DNA of 62,519 bases, filler included, from Choristocarpus tenellus KU-1152 (Eukaryota > Protista > Phaeophyceae): assembly GCA_964200185.2 (NCBI GenBank). It is 11 parts of 11 records of this genome, joined end to end, with 100 filler letters (N's around TTAATTAATTAA, not from the genome) between each part and the next. Parts side by side here need not be neighbours in the genome. Positions count along the whole stretch, not along the records: positions 41,518 to 53,143 come from CAXNAD020002218.1; positions 53,244 to 62,519 come from CAXNAD020003824.1; 9 more parts are not named here. One strand, written 5' to 3'. The position numbers and the translations under genes are program-made. The notes below the pieces were generated by a model, which was given only the letters and a program-made list of their open reading frames with translations, was not told where the DNA came from and did not search any database. This document shows, one piece after another, positions 48,590 through 61,390 of this stretch (position 1 is the stretch's first letter; each line of letters starts with the position of its first letter).

Positions 48590-50512
48590 ATGAAGGAATA
48601 TGTTTACTTTTGCACCTTCCTGGCAGCTGGATGGTTGGGTGTCGCTGCTGGTGAGTGGACTATTGGGAAGCATTCGGAAAATGCTTTGCCTCTTTGCACA
48701 ACTTCTGACCATATGTTCTTCGCCCCCTCGTCTAAAACTCACCACCAAAGTCGTTCTCCATCTTTTCACCTGCATGGAAGGTTGGAGCTGCCATGACTGT
48801 GCCACCCCTGATCCTGACCGAGTGAGAGCAACAAGGACTCTGCGGAATAACATAGCTCTCCTGGCAAATCGCGTCTCTACCGTCTGTGCGCAAGACTTCC
48901 TTGATCATTGTGCCACACATACACTAGAGACCGGAACGAGTGGTTTACCTGTGGATGATCTCTACTTCGCATGCTACAATCGCACAGACAAGTACTCCCA
49001 GTCGCATTGGTTACGCAGGTGAGAAGTTTGAAGCCTGTGTGTGTTGTGTCAGTTTCTTATCTTTTCAGTCAGTCTACGGCTGACAAATAAATGTCCCACC
49101 TTGAATGACCAAACTTAGAGACACTCGTTAATAGGCACTAAGAGATGTTTTCGTTGTGTCACAGTCAAACAAGGACGCCCTGGATGCGAAGGAGTTCCTG
49201 GTCCGACCCACATCACCCAGAGGAGGTCCCACTCCTTCCTGGGTGGAGTGACTTCCTGAACGACTCGTGGTGGCGTGAGGGGATGGCGCAGGAGCAATTT
49301 GCAAGTGAAGGAGTGTGGCCGATTTTGCCTTTGGCGGTAGGGCTACGCCCTGCCGACTCGTGTATGATGCGCTCTTCACTTTCACCAGATTGCCGGCGAC
49401 TCGGAAAGCGTCTGGCACACGACTCTGCGCTAGTATTCGTGTTTTCGGCTCGTGACGGCTGCCCGTTGGAGGAATTGTTTGGTTCTCAGAAATCTGGTTG
49501 GCACCGTTTTGAGCCCTGGGGAAGTGAAGACAAGGGGAAACAGAAGGAACGAGCGGAAGGTATCCGAGTAGCGTTTACAAGGATAAAGGATATTCGATTG
49601 GATACTCCATCACCTCTTGACCCACCTCTTGACCCGCCTCTTGACCCACATGATATCTGGCGGTCATATGATCATAGCATGAGGCAATATTTTGATTGTC
49701 AGACAAGTCGAAGTACCTCAGCAGAGCTAGTGGCTTGTGCGGTGGCATACGCTGCACTGGCTTGCCTCGCAGCAGTTTTGGTTGAGGTGGGGGCCCAGAG
49801 ACGGCGCTTCTGGGAAGCGGTGCATGCTGATGATTCAGTCAGGTCTGCAGTTGAGGCTGCTGTAGGGCACCCCATGCCACCCCAGAGTTTCAAGAGATTG
49901 AGAAAGGTGAGAGGAAGAATATGGGTTGCGCTGTTATTGTTATTTGGGGCCTGGATCTCTTTTGATCTGGTGGACAGAGCATCGTTGTCACTGCAGTGGA
50001 ACTGTCTCCTGGGACTGGGAACAGAGTGGAGGGAGGAGCCCTCCTTCCCAGTTGGTGATGAATTCAAATCTTCACGTTCTGATTATGATCTCCCGGGGTA
50101 CACCTCTGTATCCAGTGAGAACTTGATGAGTTTCCTCTCCAACAACAATCACCAGCAAAAGGGAGATGATTCTAAGACCAGAAGACCTGGACAAGATTAC
50201 GGAAGCACTTTTGACATTGGTCTTACTTCAGAACCATTGAGCAGCATGTCCTATGAGGAGCGAGGAAATTATTTTAGAATCCCAAGGCTGGTGCTGATGT
50301 GGGCAATCTTGTGGCTGCCGGCTGTCCTCAGCTTTTTTGTTGCACGAGCAGCCTATCGTGCCAGGGTAGAAAATGGAGGATGCATGCGAGCTATTTCTTC
50401 CATTTATAGGCGAGGCTGGAATGGTGGACATGGCCGGATGGGTGGGGCAGGGGAAAGGAGGAATGGGATGGAAAATGGTGAAGGGTTGCAGTTGCCCCTC
50501 ATGGGCATGTGA
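48590..50512 (+). CDS. Uncharacterised ~548-aa protein with a signal peptide and ~3 TM helices (exons 48590-48650, 48781-49018, 49165-50512)
   Basis: MKEYVYFCTFLAAGWLGVAA|G.., with phase-consistent GT-AG junctions into the longest ORF of the window. Hydrophobic segments are LVACAVAYAALACLAAVLV, IWVALLLLFGAWISF and LVLMWAILWLPAVLSFFVA. Confidence 0.8.
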
Positions 50513-53051
50513 AAGCGAGGATTTATTGCCACACCAGATTTTTCAAGTGAACTGATTGTAGCTTAGTGAACATGTACTAATTGGGTGTTCGAAGATATTT
50601 GAATATCTGCTTTTTTTATTTGTGGTGAGTTAGTGTGGGCTAGAAATGTGCCCCAGATATCGTTCTAGAAAGAGCTTTGTATGGTGTGTGCGTGTCAGCA
50701 AGATCTCAAGTGGGGTGTGTTTTGCTGTTCTTGACTGATGCCTTGATGACATTTAGACCTGAGACAGTGTTGTGCCCACAGAGGTGATGAGTCGTACAGG
50801 TTTCTGCTTCTGGGGTACTTGGAGACTGCTTCTTGTAATGGTCATGCAAGCATTTCAGGATTAATAGGTGGTAGTCCACAATACTTGTATTCCAAGGTGT
50901 CCTTGCCATATTTGAGGGGACCACAGTTAAGGTGCGTGATAGTCATGCTAGTCCATATTGGTGCAATGGGGTACACAAATCAATTTCCTCTGCAATGAGT
51001 TGCCAGTGAGTTGCTGGCAATGTCCCCAATGGGATTGTACCATATTGTGTGTAGAATCTTTGATTGAGTTCACAATCAAGATAGGTGCCTGTTGATGTTG
51101 TCAGTGCCGTTCATTTCATGTACTCCGAGACCATGATGTACTGGAGAGGTTGTGTATAATATAGGAACTGTTATTTACTGTTGCCCAGGTTCCATCGTGG
51201 CAATTTATCATAGAGTTGTGAAATGACTTGTTTTATTGTTAGAATGCGTTGTTCGGTTGATCACTGACTGATTAGAACTGGATGATGACAGTTATGTATA
51301 CCCACTGCCACTCTTTGGGTGTTGTTGGGGTGAGGGCAGTGAGAGAACCCAACAAAATATATGAGTACAAGTTTGGTAGCGTACTATTTGCCAGTAAAGC
51401 TCTATGGTGTATCTATTTTTGCACGACTGTTGTAGAGGTATTAATAAAATTGATGTATAAAAAATAACGTTTTGAAGCTACGCATGGCTCGCTCCTATTT
51501 TGCTTCACTTTCCCAGGAAATATTGAACCTCTATGCACAAGACGCAGGTAAACACAACCAGAGGGCTTTCATGTGTCAGCATTTTCCACTGGCTTTGTAT
51601 CTAATTGACCATGCACACAGGAGTGCCCACATACCACATTGTTTGAAGACATTGCGAGGTGCTTTGACAGCATTATTTTTTGAATGTTTGATAGCAAGGT
51701 GAAAATGGAAAGGCTATAGGTTGAGGTAGGTCTTGGCACAGAAACGTATTTTGAAAGGCGATAAATATGTGAAGCTGTTACAAACTGGGCAGACTACATG
51801 TACTTGGTAGGTGTATATACGTTGCCTGATATGATGTTGATGTATGGTAGCTATCTAATGTCGAGTGCCCTTCTTAAATGCTTTGGAATAGATGTATAGC
51901 AGGGGACAGGGTTTCCCGTGTAAGGGAGAAAGGTGTGGAAGACTGATGTTGGGATATGGGGGTTGGAGATGATGAAGTAGGAATGGTTTGATTGTTGATG
52001 ACACGACACAGACCAAGAGGGAGGAATTCATTGGCAGAGGAAATCCCCAGGTCGTTTGAGAACAAAATTCAAACTAGCCCCAACTGCTCATGTGCACAGG
52101 AAAATGAAAGAATCATTGGGCAATAACCAAACAATTGAGAGGTAGGCGGGGTTGCATTTTAAGGATCCTGAGAAAGTGAATAAAGTACGTCATTTTGTAG
52201 AATTGTAGAGTCTTTGCTTGATTGTGGTGTCACTATTTTTGTGGAAAAGGGCGGTATCAATGTTGTGTGCACTTTTGTGTACATATACCAATGTAATAGA
52301 GTGCATTGCACAGGGTAAGAAATAGTGCTTGGAATACAAAAGGGTCTAGATAGCTAACATACATCATCATGATTTGGGGTCTTTTTTTTCACTGTCGCCA
52401 ATAATTGCAAACGCTTGTAGCAAGGATGACAAATTCTACTTCTGATCCCGTCTAGATCTTTTCCCCGATTCTGGATTCGTGGCAATAACCCAAACTACCA
52501 CCCTACAATTGTAACAGAGTATTTCCCTAAAACGTGACCAAACCTGGTATAATATTTTTTTACTAATGCCAAGGAATATCCCAGCTCGTATCAAAAGTGG
52601 CAAAAGAGGTATGACAAAACGCTTTGGGAGGATACTTGATTTAAAGGGTGTCTATGTCTAGTACCCATACAATAGTAGCATGGGTCCTCCACACGTGACC
52701 CTTTCACAAAATATCCACCTATGCATCATCCAACGATGAGCCCTCACTGTTCAATGTTGCCATGAAGGACTTGGGACAAACAATTTTGGCATTCAGAACG
52801 ATAGTCTATAACTGATCGACGTAGACCTGATATCTACCCTAACTACAAATCTCACACGATATCCGACTGGCAATCACCCTACAATTGGCCTCACCTTTAT
52901 GGTTTCTTCACACGTACACCAAGGGATACCTAAGTCTGCAAACTCAGCGGCATATTTTTTTTGTTATCATTTCATCAAGGCTCTATTCAGATGTATATCT
53001 CCCTATTCACCACCCGATGTTTCCCCTGGTTCTTCAATTCATGACCTTTAT

Positions 53052-53143
53052 GAGCTAAAGTATCTTAGAGGGTAGAGCCGCGTCCATTTGGGGACCAAAA
53101 CCCAATATTGCGATTTTGATGTAATTTTGGCTATCGTGTTTGT
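53052..53143 (-). mobile_element. MITE family B, one end, truncated by linker
   Basis: GAGCTAAAGTATCTTAGAGGGTAGAGCCGCGTCCATTTGG. Confidence 0.9.
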
Positions 53144-53243
53144 NNNNNNNNNNNNNNNNNNNNNNNNNNNNNNNNNNNNNNNNNNNNTTAATTAATTAAN
53201 NNNNNNNNNNNNNNNNNNNNNNNNNNNNNNNNNNNNNNNNNNN
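53144..53243. other. Artificial contig linker
   Basis: N44-TTAATTAATTAA-N44. Confidence 0.98.
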
Positions 53244-53669
53244 CCCTCACAACCCCCTCCCCCCACACAGACCCCCTCGTGCCCTACATATACACACACA
53301 CACAATCAAACGGTGTGATCATCGTGACCATTATTACTTTGCTGGGTTTGACTACGAAACACCCATCCATACTGCCTGGGAAATGGACATCCGAGCCATG
53401 GTCACCCCTGCTAATAATTTGGTGATTGGGTTGTACTCTGTAGCTACTATCTTTTAACGTTACCATATCTGTTTGTGCGAAGGCAGGCCTCCTCAATTTG
53501 TTACTTCATTCGTCATCAATTCTGTGTCCATGTAATCTTGGTTAGACAAATCTATGGCTTCTGGTGGTAAGTCTGGTGTATCAATAACTCAGTACATTCA
53601 AAATGCAGCTCATTCATAGTGATCGGTAAAATGTGATGTGTTCTTGTGCAACTTGTAACAAATGAATTC

Positions 53670-53912
53670 CTCTTAAAGGATACGAGGTTTTCCCTTTTTG
53701 TCTATTTGAGGATTTACTTCCCAATGTTTTTTTTAATGACATTTTCCTACTACTGAAGAATAAGTAAAATATATACCTTATGAAAAGGTGTGTCCGAAAC
53801 AAGGATTTTGACACTTCCTGACAAATACGATAGCCAATATTACATCAAAATCGCAACATTGGAATTTTGTCACCGAGTGGACGCAGCTGTACCCTCTATC
53901 ATACGTTGGTTG
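53670..53912 (+). mobile_element. MITE family B, old copy with eroded TIRs
   Basis: Interior matches 25430-25687 (ATGACATTTTCCTACT, TTATGAAAAGGTGT, TTGACACTTC, CAAAATCGCAACATTGG). Confidence 0.82.
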
Positions 53913-55385
53913 AAAGATATTATTGTGTAACAAACGTTTTGCTACTGTTGTAGGAGGGAAAATTTGGATGTTCGTTTGAGTTACTTATAATATGCTCTAC
54001 GGTTGGCGAAACATCCTTCCTGTGCTTGTTTTAGTTCATCTTGCCTTTTTTTCATTATTTGTTTTCTTATACCCCATGGTTAGCGATCATGGTTACAGAC
54101 ATGCTACTTTGCTTGTGGAGAAAACAGAGTTCATTGCAGATGACAACTCTAAAATTTGAACGAAATCACGATAAATACAACGTTCTAACTCGACATGGTC
54201 TATGTAATACTACCAAGTAGATTTATTTTTGTGTGTATTTTCTTGAGACTAGTCTGTCTTGTAGTGGGGGGTATCCGTTTCAAACGGAGAGTGTTGAAAT
54301 ACTTTTGTAGGGCCTGGATATTGTCCTACATCAAGTAGCACAAAGTCAGTATGTACTTTCATACATGTATATGTGAACATTGGTTGCAATATAACATGCA
54401 TGTCCGCATTATCGTTAGTGAAGACAGGATGTTTACTTGCAGCAATATTGACTTCGAAAGATTTTCAGTGGACAGAAGGAAGGAAGCTTTGGCGGAGGCA
54501 ATTGTGGAGTCGAAGTTCTTCTTGTAGCTGCACTAGGGAATCTGAACTTTTTTCTCTACCTCTGATAGATCTGTTGTACCAACATCACTATAATGGTGGT
54601 TTTGGTGGATACACGACCGCCTTTAATTCATGCATCCTTTCTCCCGTGCCCTTGCTAAGAACTTGGTCGAGGATGGCGTCACCAAACGAAGTATAGGATC
54701 ACCATCCGTAACTCTCTTCAGCTCGAGCCACAGGTATGTGTCTCGCTATTGTGTTGCGCCAGAGGCTTTGCAAGTGCATAGGAGTAGAGCCAGCTTTCTA
54801 TTCATCACACTTTGGTACGATCATGAGCCATCATGGAGCACGCCAATACAAAGTGGGCTGGTGTAATAGTGTTGGTATATGTAGAACTCTACTTTGCACA
54901 ACAAGTACAACAGTTCTAACGAAGGAAGACGTACATTTGGTATTTGCAATTAACTGTGCCTTCTCGATTTGGGCTTCACAGATACCTGAATGAGATCCGT
55001 TAATGAAATACTCCCAGACAATATAAATCCGACCTCATCTTCCTTTCTCCTTGGCCCATGCACACCAGGGAAACCCCACACCATCTTCTCCCCGTCATGG
55101 CTGGACATATGTCATAATGAAATAGACTGCTAGCGGAGTGGTAAAATGATATGTACTTGTTTGCTCAGTTGTACCATACGCGTTGGCTACATCGTAACTT
55201 CTTTACATCACTACTATTGATAATATTTCAAATTTTGTTATTTTTTTGGTGGTGTGGTGACATTTGTAACTACTTTATCTATGGTGGAAGTTCTCGACTT
55301 CGAGTATGGTGTCGGTTTCCCTCTTGCCCTCACACTTGCACAGATGTAGACTTTTGCTTGTGTCAGTATCGAAGAAGAGATAAGT

Positions 55386-55643
55386 GACTGAAAGTATCTT
55401 AGAGGGTACGAGTTTTGCCCTACTTTCTCCATTTGGGGCTTGACTTCTGACAAATTTTATGACATTTTCCAACTCGAAATGTTTTCCAGTAGTAGGTAGT
55501 ATGTGTACGTTTAGAAAGGTATGTTCGGAACAAGGATATTGACACTTCCTAACAAGCATGATAGCCAAAATGTCATCAAAATCACATAATTGGATTTTGG
55601 CTCCGAAACGGACAAGGCTCTACCGCCTAAGATACTTCAACTC
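55386..55643 (+). mobile_element. MITE family B, full length
   Basis: GACTGAAAGTATCTTAGAGGGTA..CTAAGATACTTCAACTC with 4-bp TSD AAGT. Confidence 0.92.
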
Positions 55644-58600
55644 AAGTTTGAGATGGGAGCCTCACACAATCCCTCTTTTTTGGTGAATTCGGTCACATGG
55701 TTTTAAAGCGAAGAGTGATATCGTTATAGACGATAGGACTTGGTTTAACAATTGATGCGTATTGAAGGAATCACTAACCCTGAACAATTACATAATTTCT
55801 AGAAAACTCCATCAAGATTGAGAAAAACATCTCAAACCATGTGAACATCGATCTATGATCAATTGTCAATATAAACTCCCTAAGACATGAACCATGGTCC
55901 CGAATTCTTTCGGTTACATATTTCTGTAATTCTTATCTTATTTCGCACAACACTGTATCTGGAGAATGTTTGAGGATTTTATTGATATATGTACTGAGTC
56001 AAACCCAATTGAGAGGTAGGCACGATTATATTATTAGGTTCCAAGGAAGGGCAAAAGTGTATTGGGGACTTGTCCAGTCCCATACGCCAGATGGAGGGCT
56101 TCTCCGCCCGTAGTTCAGGCAGCTTTTGTGCATCACGCTGAAGTTGTGTTGGTCATTGTTAGTTTCCTGTTTTCTACATGATACAGTGCATGTACATCAT
56201 CATATTCGCCACTTGTACCAGATATTTAATGCCTTTCTTAGAAATATTATTAGTGTGCTTTTTTTGCGTAACTTCATTGAATTCCACACACGTTCTTGGT
56301 GGAAGCCTGGACAAATAAAAAAAGAAAGGATACAACCAATTACAGAATGGTTGAGAGTACAGCAATCCACAAGTAACCCACAACATATCACCTATCCCAC
56401 GCTCAGCAACAACAACAGTTCGTTACTGCTTCTCCTCTGTGCTACTTCTATCAAAAATGGATTGGAAACACAAAATTCCCCGTGCACACACCATCATGCT
56501 GCATACAACAAAATACCAACCTAGGAGCAAAGACTTCTTACATGTCACTATGTTTCACCATACACTCTAATCTGCCAACAATCGGGATCTTCCCCTTCCT
56601 GCATCCAGCCTCATCGATCAGTTTTGGAGCAGGCACAGCAATAAGAAAACACACCACCACTTCATCAAGTGGGCAACGTGAAGCATTCCAGGAAACAGTA
56701 ACACCCAACTTCATCAAACAAATTCGAAACATAATCACAAAGCTGTTCAACCTTATTTCTTATCTATTACTAAACCACTGTTGCTGCAGTTCCTTTCCTG
56801 CGCTCCATGCTCACCCACCAAACACACATACCCTCCTTCCACAACAAACATTGAAAACAGTGACGACACAAAGAGTTGGCTTCCAACCAGTTACAGCCTA
56901 GGCATTGCCTACACGTACATCTCCAACTGCTCCAGACAACTTGACGGCCTCAACCTCCCATTCCTTTAAGTAGCTTCTCCAGTCAGGGCTCTGTCCTGGA
57001 TGACAGGAGGCAACAACTGAGAAGTGCTCAGGAACATGAATCATACCAAATGCTAACATAGGAAGCCCCTAGAATTCATTAATTAGACAGGTTGAGAAAA
57101 GGCAAGGTCTGTCAGCAGCGCCTACATCCCAACCTTTAGTCAACTTCTGGGGCACAATTACACCTTGGTCGTACTTCCACAACCAGTTTGTATCATAACC
57201 CAACAAACACACTTACCCACCAGGCACATGCACTTAGTATGTCCATCCCACATAAACAATTTATCATCTACTTGCACAAAACCGATGAAGAACCCAGGAT
57301 CAACATTGCACTTGCCATACAGAGCAAATAACACACGTGACACAGTGACTACACTGGGTACTCTTATGTACTAGGGACACCACACATCCAACCTGCAAAT
57401 CATTTCCGGTAAACATCTAAAAACAAAGGAACTCGGCACTTGTACACACACTGCCCATCCCTTCTAAACTTTCACTTCCATCGGAATGCAATATGAAGAA
57501 GTAAGACCCATTGCCGACCACACTCAGTGTTCCGCTCTGACTGGATGAAGTGTCTCATGTAATGCCACACACCCCTTCCCTCCCGTACCACAGATAGATT
57601 CAAATTAACAAAGATCGAATTGCTCGGTGAATGCAAATCGCTCAGCACTTTGAAAGGAAATAAACAGTTTCAACAGACCTTGCGAACACAGCTTGTCTGA
57701 CATGCCTGAGAAAATCACCCATTTTACATTGTTCACTTGAGTACCCCTCCCACCCCATTATCAATTCAACGCCCCTCCTGCAATCAGTTCTCATACAGCA
57801 TGAAACCCTCCCACCTGCACCTACTCCTGAAAAAAACGCAACCATACACCCAGTAAGGCAGACTACTCCTGCAGCATTGCTCTCCCAGAAATTCAACACA
57901 AGTGCTTCCCCCCTCTCCCATCCTCAGACCCTTCCTTTGACTGATAACCATCATCAAGGAGTATTGAACAACGAAACCCTCCCTGATAAAAATAGCTGTC
58001 CGCTACATTGTTTAAACGAAGCCCTGCTTGTCTGGTGTGTGGCATGCTTGCCCTACACTCCCCCTCGTGTTCATTACATCCGCATGCTATCTTAAAAAAA
58101 AAAACATTCTGAACTATCCGTCCTTCCATATCTTTCCACAACACCATTTCCATCCTTCAAAACTGTTTTCTTGGAAAATTCTCGCTTCTCGCCCACTTTC
58201 CTCTTAGAATCAACTTCCAAGAAATTCCAACCACTTCCACACCTCCACTTCAGATAGTCCCTGCACACTTTAGTAATCCATGCACATTACACATTCAAAC
58301 AATTTCGAGTAAAGGGGCCGCTTGCAGCAAACAACTAAGAAGGAGGTCACGAGTGGCATGGCTCTCACTCAGGTTTAAGGGTATTGAATCAACCCCCCCA
58401 GTAAACACACAAGTCATACATACATATACGCACAAAAAATAAACAAAATGTGGTCTCACAAAAAAAGATGGTGGTAGGAGGAGGAGGAGGAGGAGGAGGA
58501 GAGAGAGAGGAAAAGAAGTTGTTGGGTAAAACATAACACACACGCCAAGCTCACTCGCACTGATTTACACCTTTAAGCACGCAAAGTTGCAATTATGTCT

Positions 58601-58668
58601 GAGCGTAGCAGGGTTTCACAACGTCATAATAACTGTGGCAGTGAGAGCGAAGCCCATTGCTCATTGCC

Positions 58669-60498
58669 TCAGTGATTGAAACTTATTTGAGCTTGCACAA
58701 AGGTTAGGAGGAGAGATGGTGTCGGTACCTCAAACAACAACTGAGCCAGGAATTTCTCAAGGAAGAAACACTTGGACCGGAGATAGTTTGCCTCGAGGCA
58801 TCGGAACCACCGCTGTGTCTTCATTTTAACAGGTGCAACAATAGATGCCAATGAAGTTGGGGATGGGAGGTGGGGGAGGGGGGGGGAAGGTTAAGGTGGG
58901 ATGGTGAACATTGCGGGAGCTGAACTTGAGACAGAATGAGTGTTGCAAGTTCTAACAACAGTGAAGTATACATTATAAATCGCCTAGAAAGGTTTTCAAC
59001 ATACTCGATTCGACCAAAAGGTGCTCAGCAACACGCCAGGGAAGGTGGTCATGAGGAAGTGGTTAGCGCAAGAGGAAAACCATTAAGGGATTCGGAGAGC
59101 ACACGTGCATACTCACTACAAACAAAACATTGATGAAAACGAAATTGACTCGACTGAGCCGTCAAATGTGCAACACCGGACAGGACTGTTAAGCTTGCTC
59201 CTTTCACGTTATCTTATGAACAAAAGTACAGTCTCTAGGCATCACTTACCTGACTTGGAAACTAGTCGTAGGTCAAGAACCGTATCGATGTAGAGGATTC
59301 GGATTAATTAGCAAGGTCAGAATAATAGCACAAACCCAACCAAAACCCCCTTGTCCTCAAAAACTCTCTTTCCTCAGTGCACAAAAAATGAAAGAAAAAA
59401 AAAATGCCCCTTGTTTATTATACCTGCTGAATTACAGTCCAGGCTGCCGAGGAATTTCTCAGATCGCTGATCTTTGCATACTCTGCCAGCAGCTTGAAGT
59501 CAGAGTAACGCTTCCACCGGCGGAAAACCTTGCCATCGACCGTTAAGATCACCTGGGCAGCAGTATGTCCACACGGCATCCAACATGTGACCATGAGACG
59601 TACAATCAGTCAAGGTCGGAAAGGAAGATTGCACACATTGGACAGTCATACAATCGACAGTGTGTTACACCCATAGCTAAACGTCCAACAGTTCATCGAG
59701 ACAATCATCACAGACATACGTCACATATGGCAAGATTCCACTCCAAGAACCACAACACACACTCTTGTAACGCTCAAAAGTCCAAACCACTCGTACGCCA
59801 TACATAAATGTCCGTAACATTCAGTAAAAAAATTTACAGCAAATACTGTATGAAGAGAGTGTACTGTTGTTGTTTTTAAGGCACAGATAACTGTGACTTG
59901 AGACTCACAGATTGGTGAAGTGTGTTTCTTCCCCAGTATTGGCAATAGCTCACATTCTACATCATTGACAAGTATTGGGAGTGGCTTAAATCTCAACGAG
60001 CACACAAACCAAAACTTATTTAACACCCATCTCAGAGGCCACATCCTAAATGATGTACACAGTGCACCCTGACAAAATCTGAAATCTGAAGCCAGCACAG
60101 GATTAGGTTACACTGGATGGCATCAACTCATCAATATTATATATGTATTCAATTTATACATGCATGCACTCTTGTTTGACCCTGAACTATGTCAGGTACC
60201 AGAGATGTATGAGAAGTAAGTTTCGATAACCAAGTGAATCACTGGCAATACCCTGCATCTAGCCTAGTTATTGTGTCTCCAAGATAAATCACCCAAAGAG
60301 TTTGGAGGTGGTTGATTTTGGGACATACTCTAGTGCTATGGTGACCTGAAACACTTCCATTTTTGACTGTCCACACATACCCTTACTGCTCACATTGGTC
60401 AGAGCATAAGCAGTAATACATGCACTGATCTCCTGCAGCAGCTCACCATCTACTTTTGCATTGCCTTGCAAGGACTGCAGACTCATGGATGCCCCATA
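58669..60498 (-). CDS. Protein with a C-terminal PX-like domain (3' exons ~60498-60346, 59552-59424, ~58818-58669)
   Basis: Reads ..EISACITAYALTNVSSKGMCGQSKMEVFQ|VILTVDGKVFRRWKRYSDFKLLAEYAK..AWTVIQQ|TQRWFRCLEANYLRSKCFFLEKFLAQLLFEVPTPSLLLTFV..*. KRYSDF and LExFLxxLL are PX hallmarks, and the junctions are phase 0. Confidence 0.78.
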
Positions 60499-61155
60499 CT
60501 ACTTAAGCTCAATATCTTTGGAAGCACATCCAGACAAGATCAATTGATCCACTTGTGTGAACCGACTTTTCCAATCCTACTCAATTGTCTTAAGACCAGA
60601 TTGGAGTTGAGAGCATGAAATTTTATTTTAGCAAAAAAAAAAAGGAACGTAATTCAATTTCATCTACTGACTACTTCCCAGAATAATAGAATAATCCCCG
60701 GGGAGAAGAAATGGTGCAGTTGGGAAATAACAGGACTTTTCATCAGGCCAGCAGTTAGCATGTCCACTGTCAGCCATATGGCCACACCCAGGTCTGTGAC
60801 CCAGCCACGTTGAACCGCTCAATGGCCATGGACTCAGTCATTTTGGAACATTTTGTCTATGGCAGGTCAGGTAATACATATTTTTTCTGCTCTTGGATCA
60901 GCCACATGATGGCCATGCCTCCTATCTTATATTTGACCACTCTTCTTGAATATCGCATCCTAACTTTGAAATTTCCATATTACATTTTATTTAGAACATT
61001 CAAATTGTAAATTTGATACAAGTACATTGTACTTGCGAGTGCAAGGTGATTTGCAATCAGTGTGTGCATGTGAATTTCACACCCGCATCCACACTTGTGT
61101 AACACGTAGCGAACATGATCCGGAAATGGCAGAAAAAAATCGAACAGATGAGCAG

Positions 61156-61390
61156 CCATGGTCCAGACATGCAAAAAGAAAATTAGACTGCCTGGCCGGT
61201 GGAGATGTGGACTGGTACAATATCCTGTGGACATGGTCCAGACATGTCAGAGAGTGTTTGACCTGGTCCGACGAGCAGACATGGACCTGTTCAGTACCTA
61301 GTGGACATGGACTGGGACATGACAAATAATTGTGGGACCAGTCTGTCTTGTGGACGAAACTATTTAATTTGCTGGCCTGGTGAAAAGTCC
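61156..61390 (-). repeat. Dispersed repeat family D
   Basis: Reverse complement of 31158-31478. Confidence 0.8.

Noticed and set aside
56450-58270. Possible decayed LINE
   Set aside because: The composition is suggestive, but I could not read RT or endonuclease motifs.
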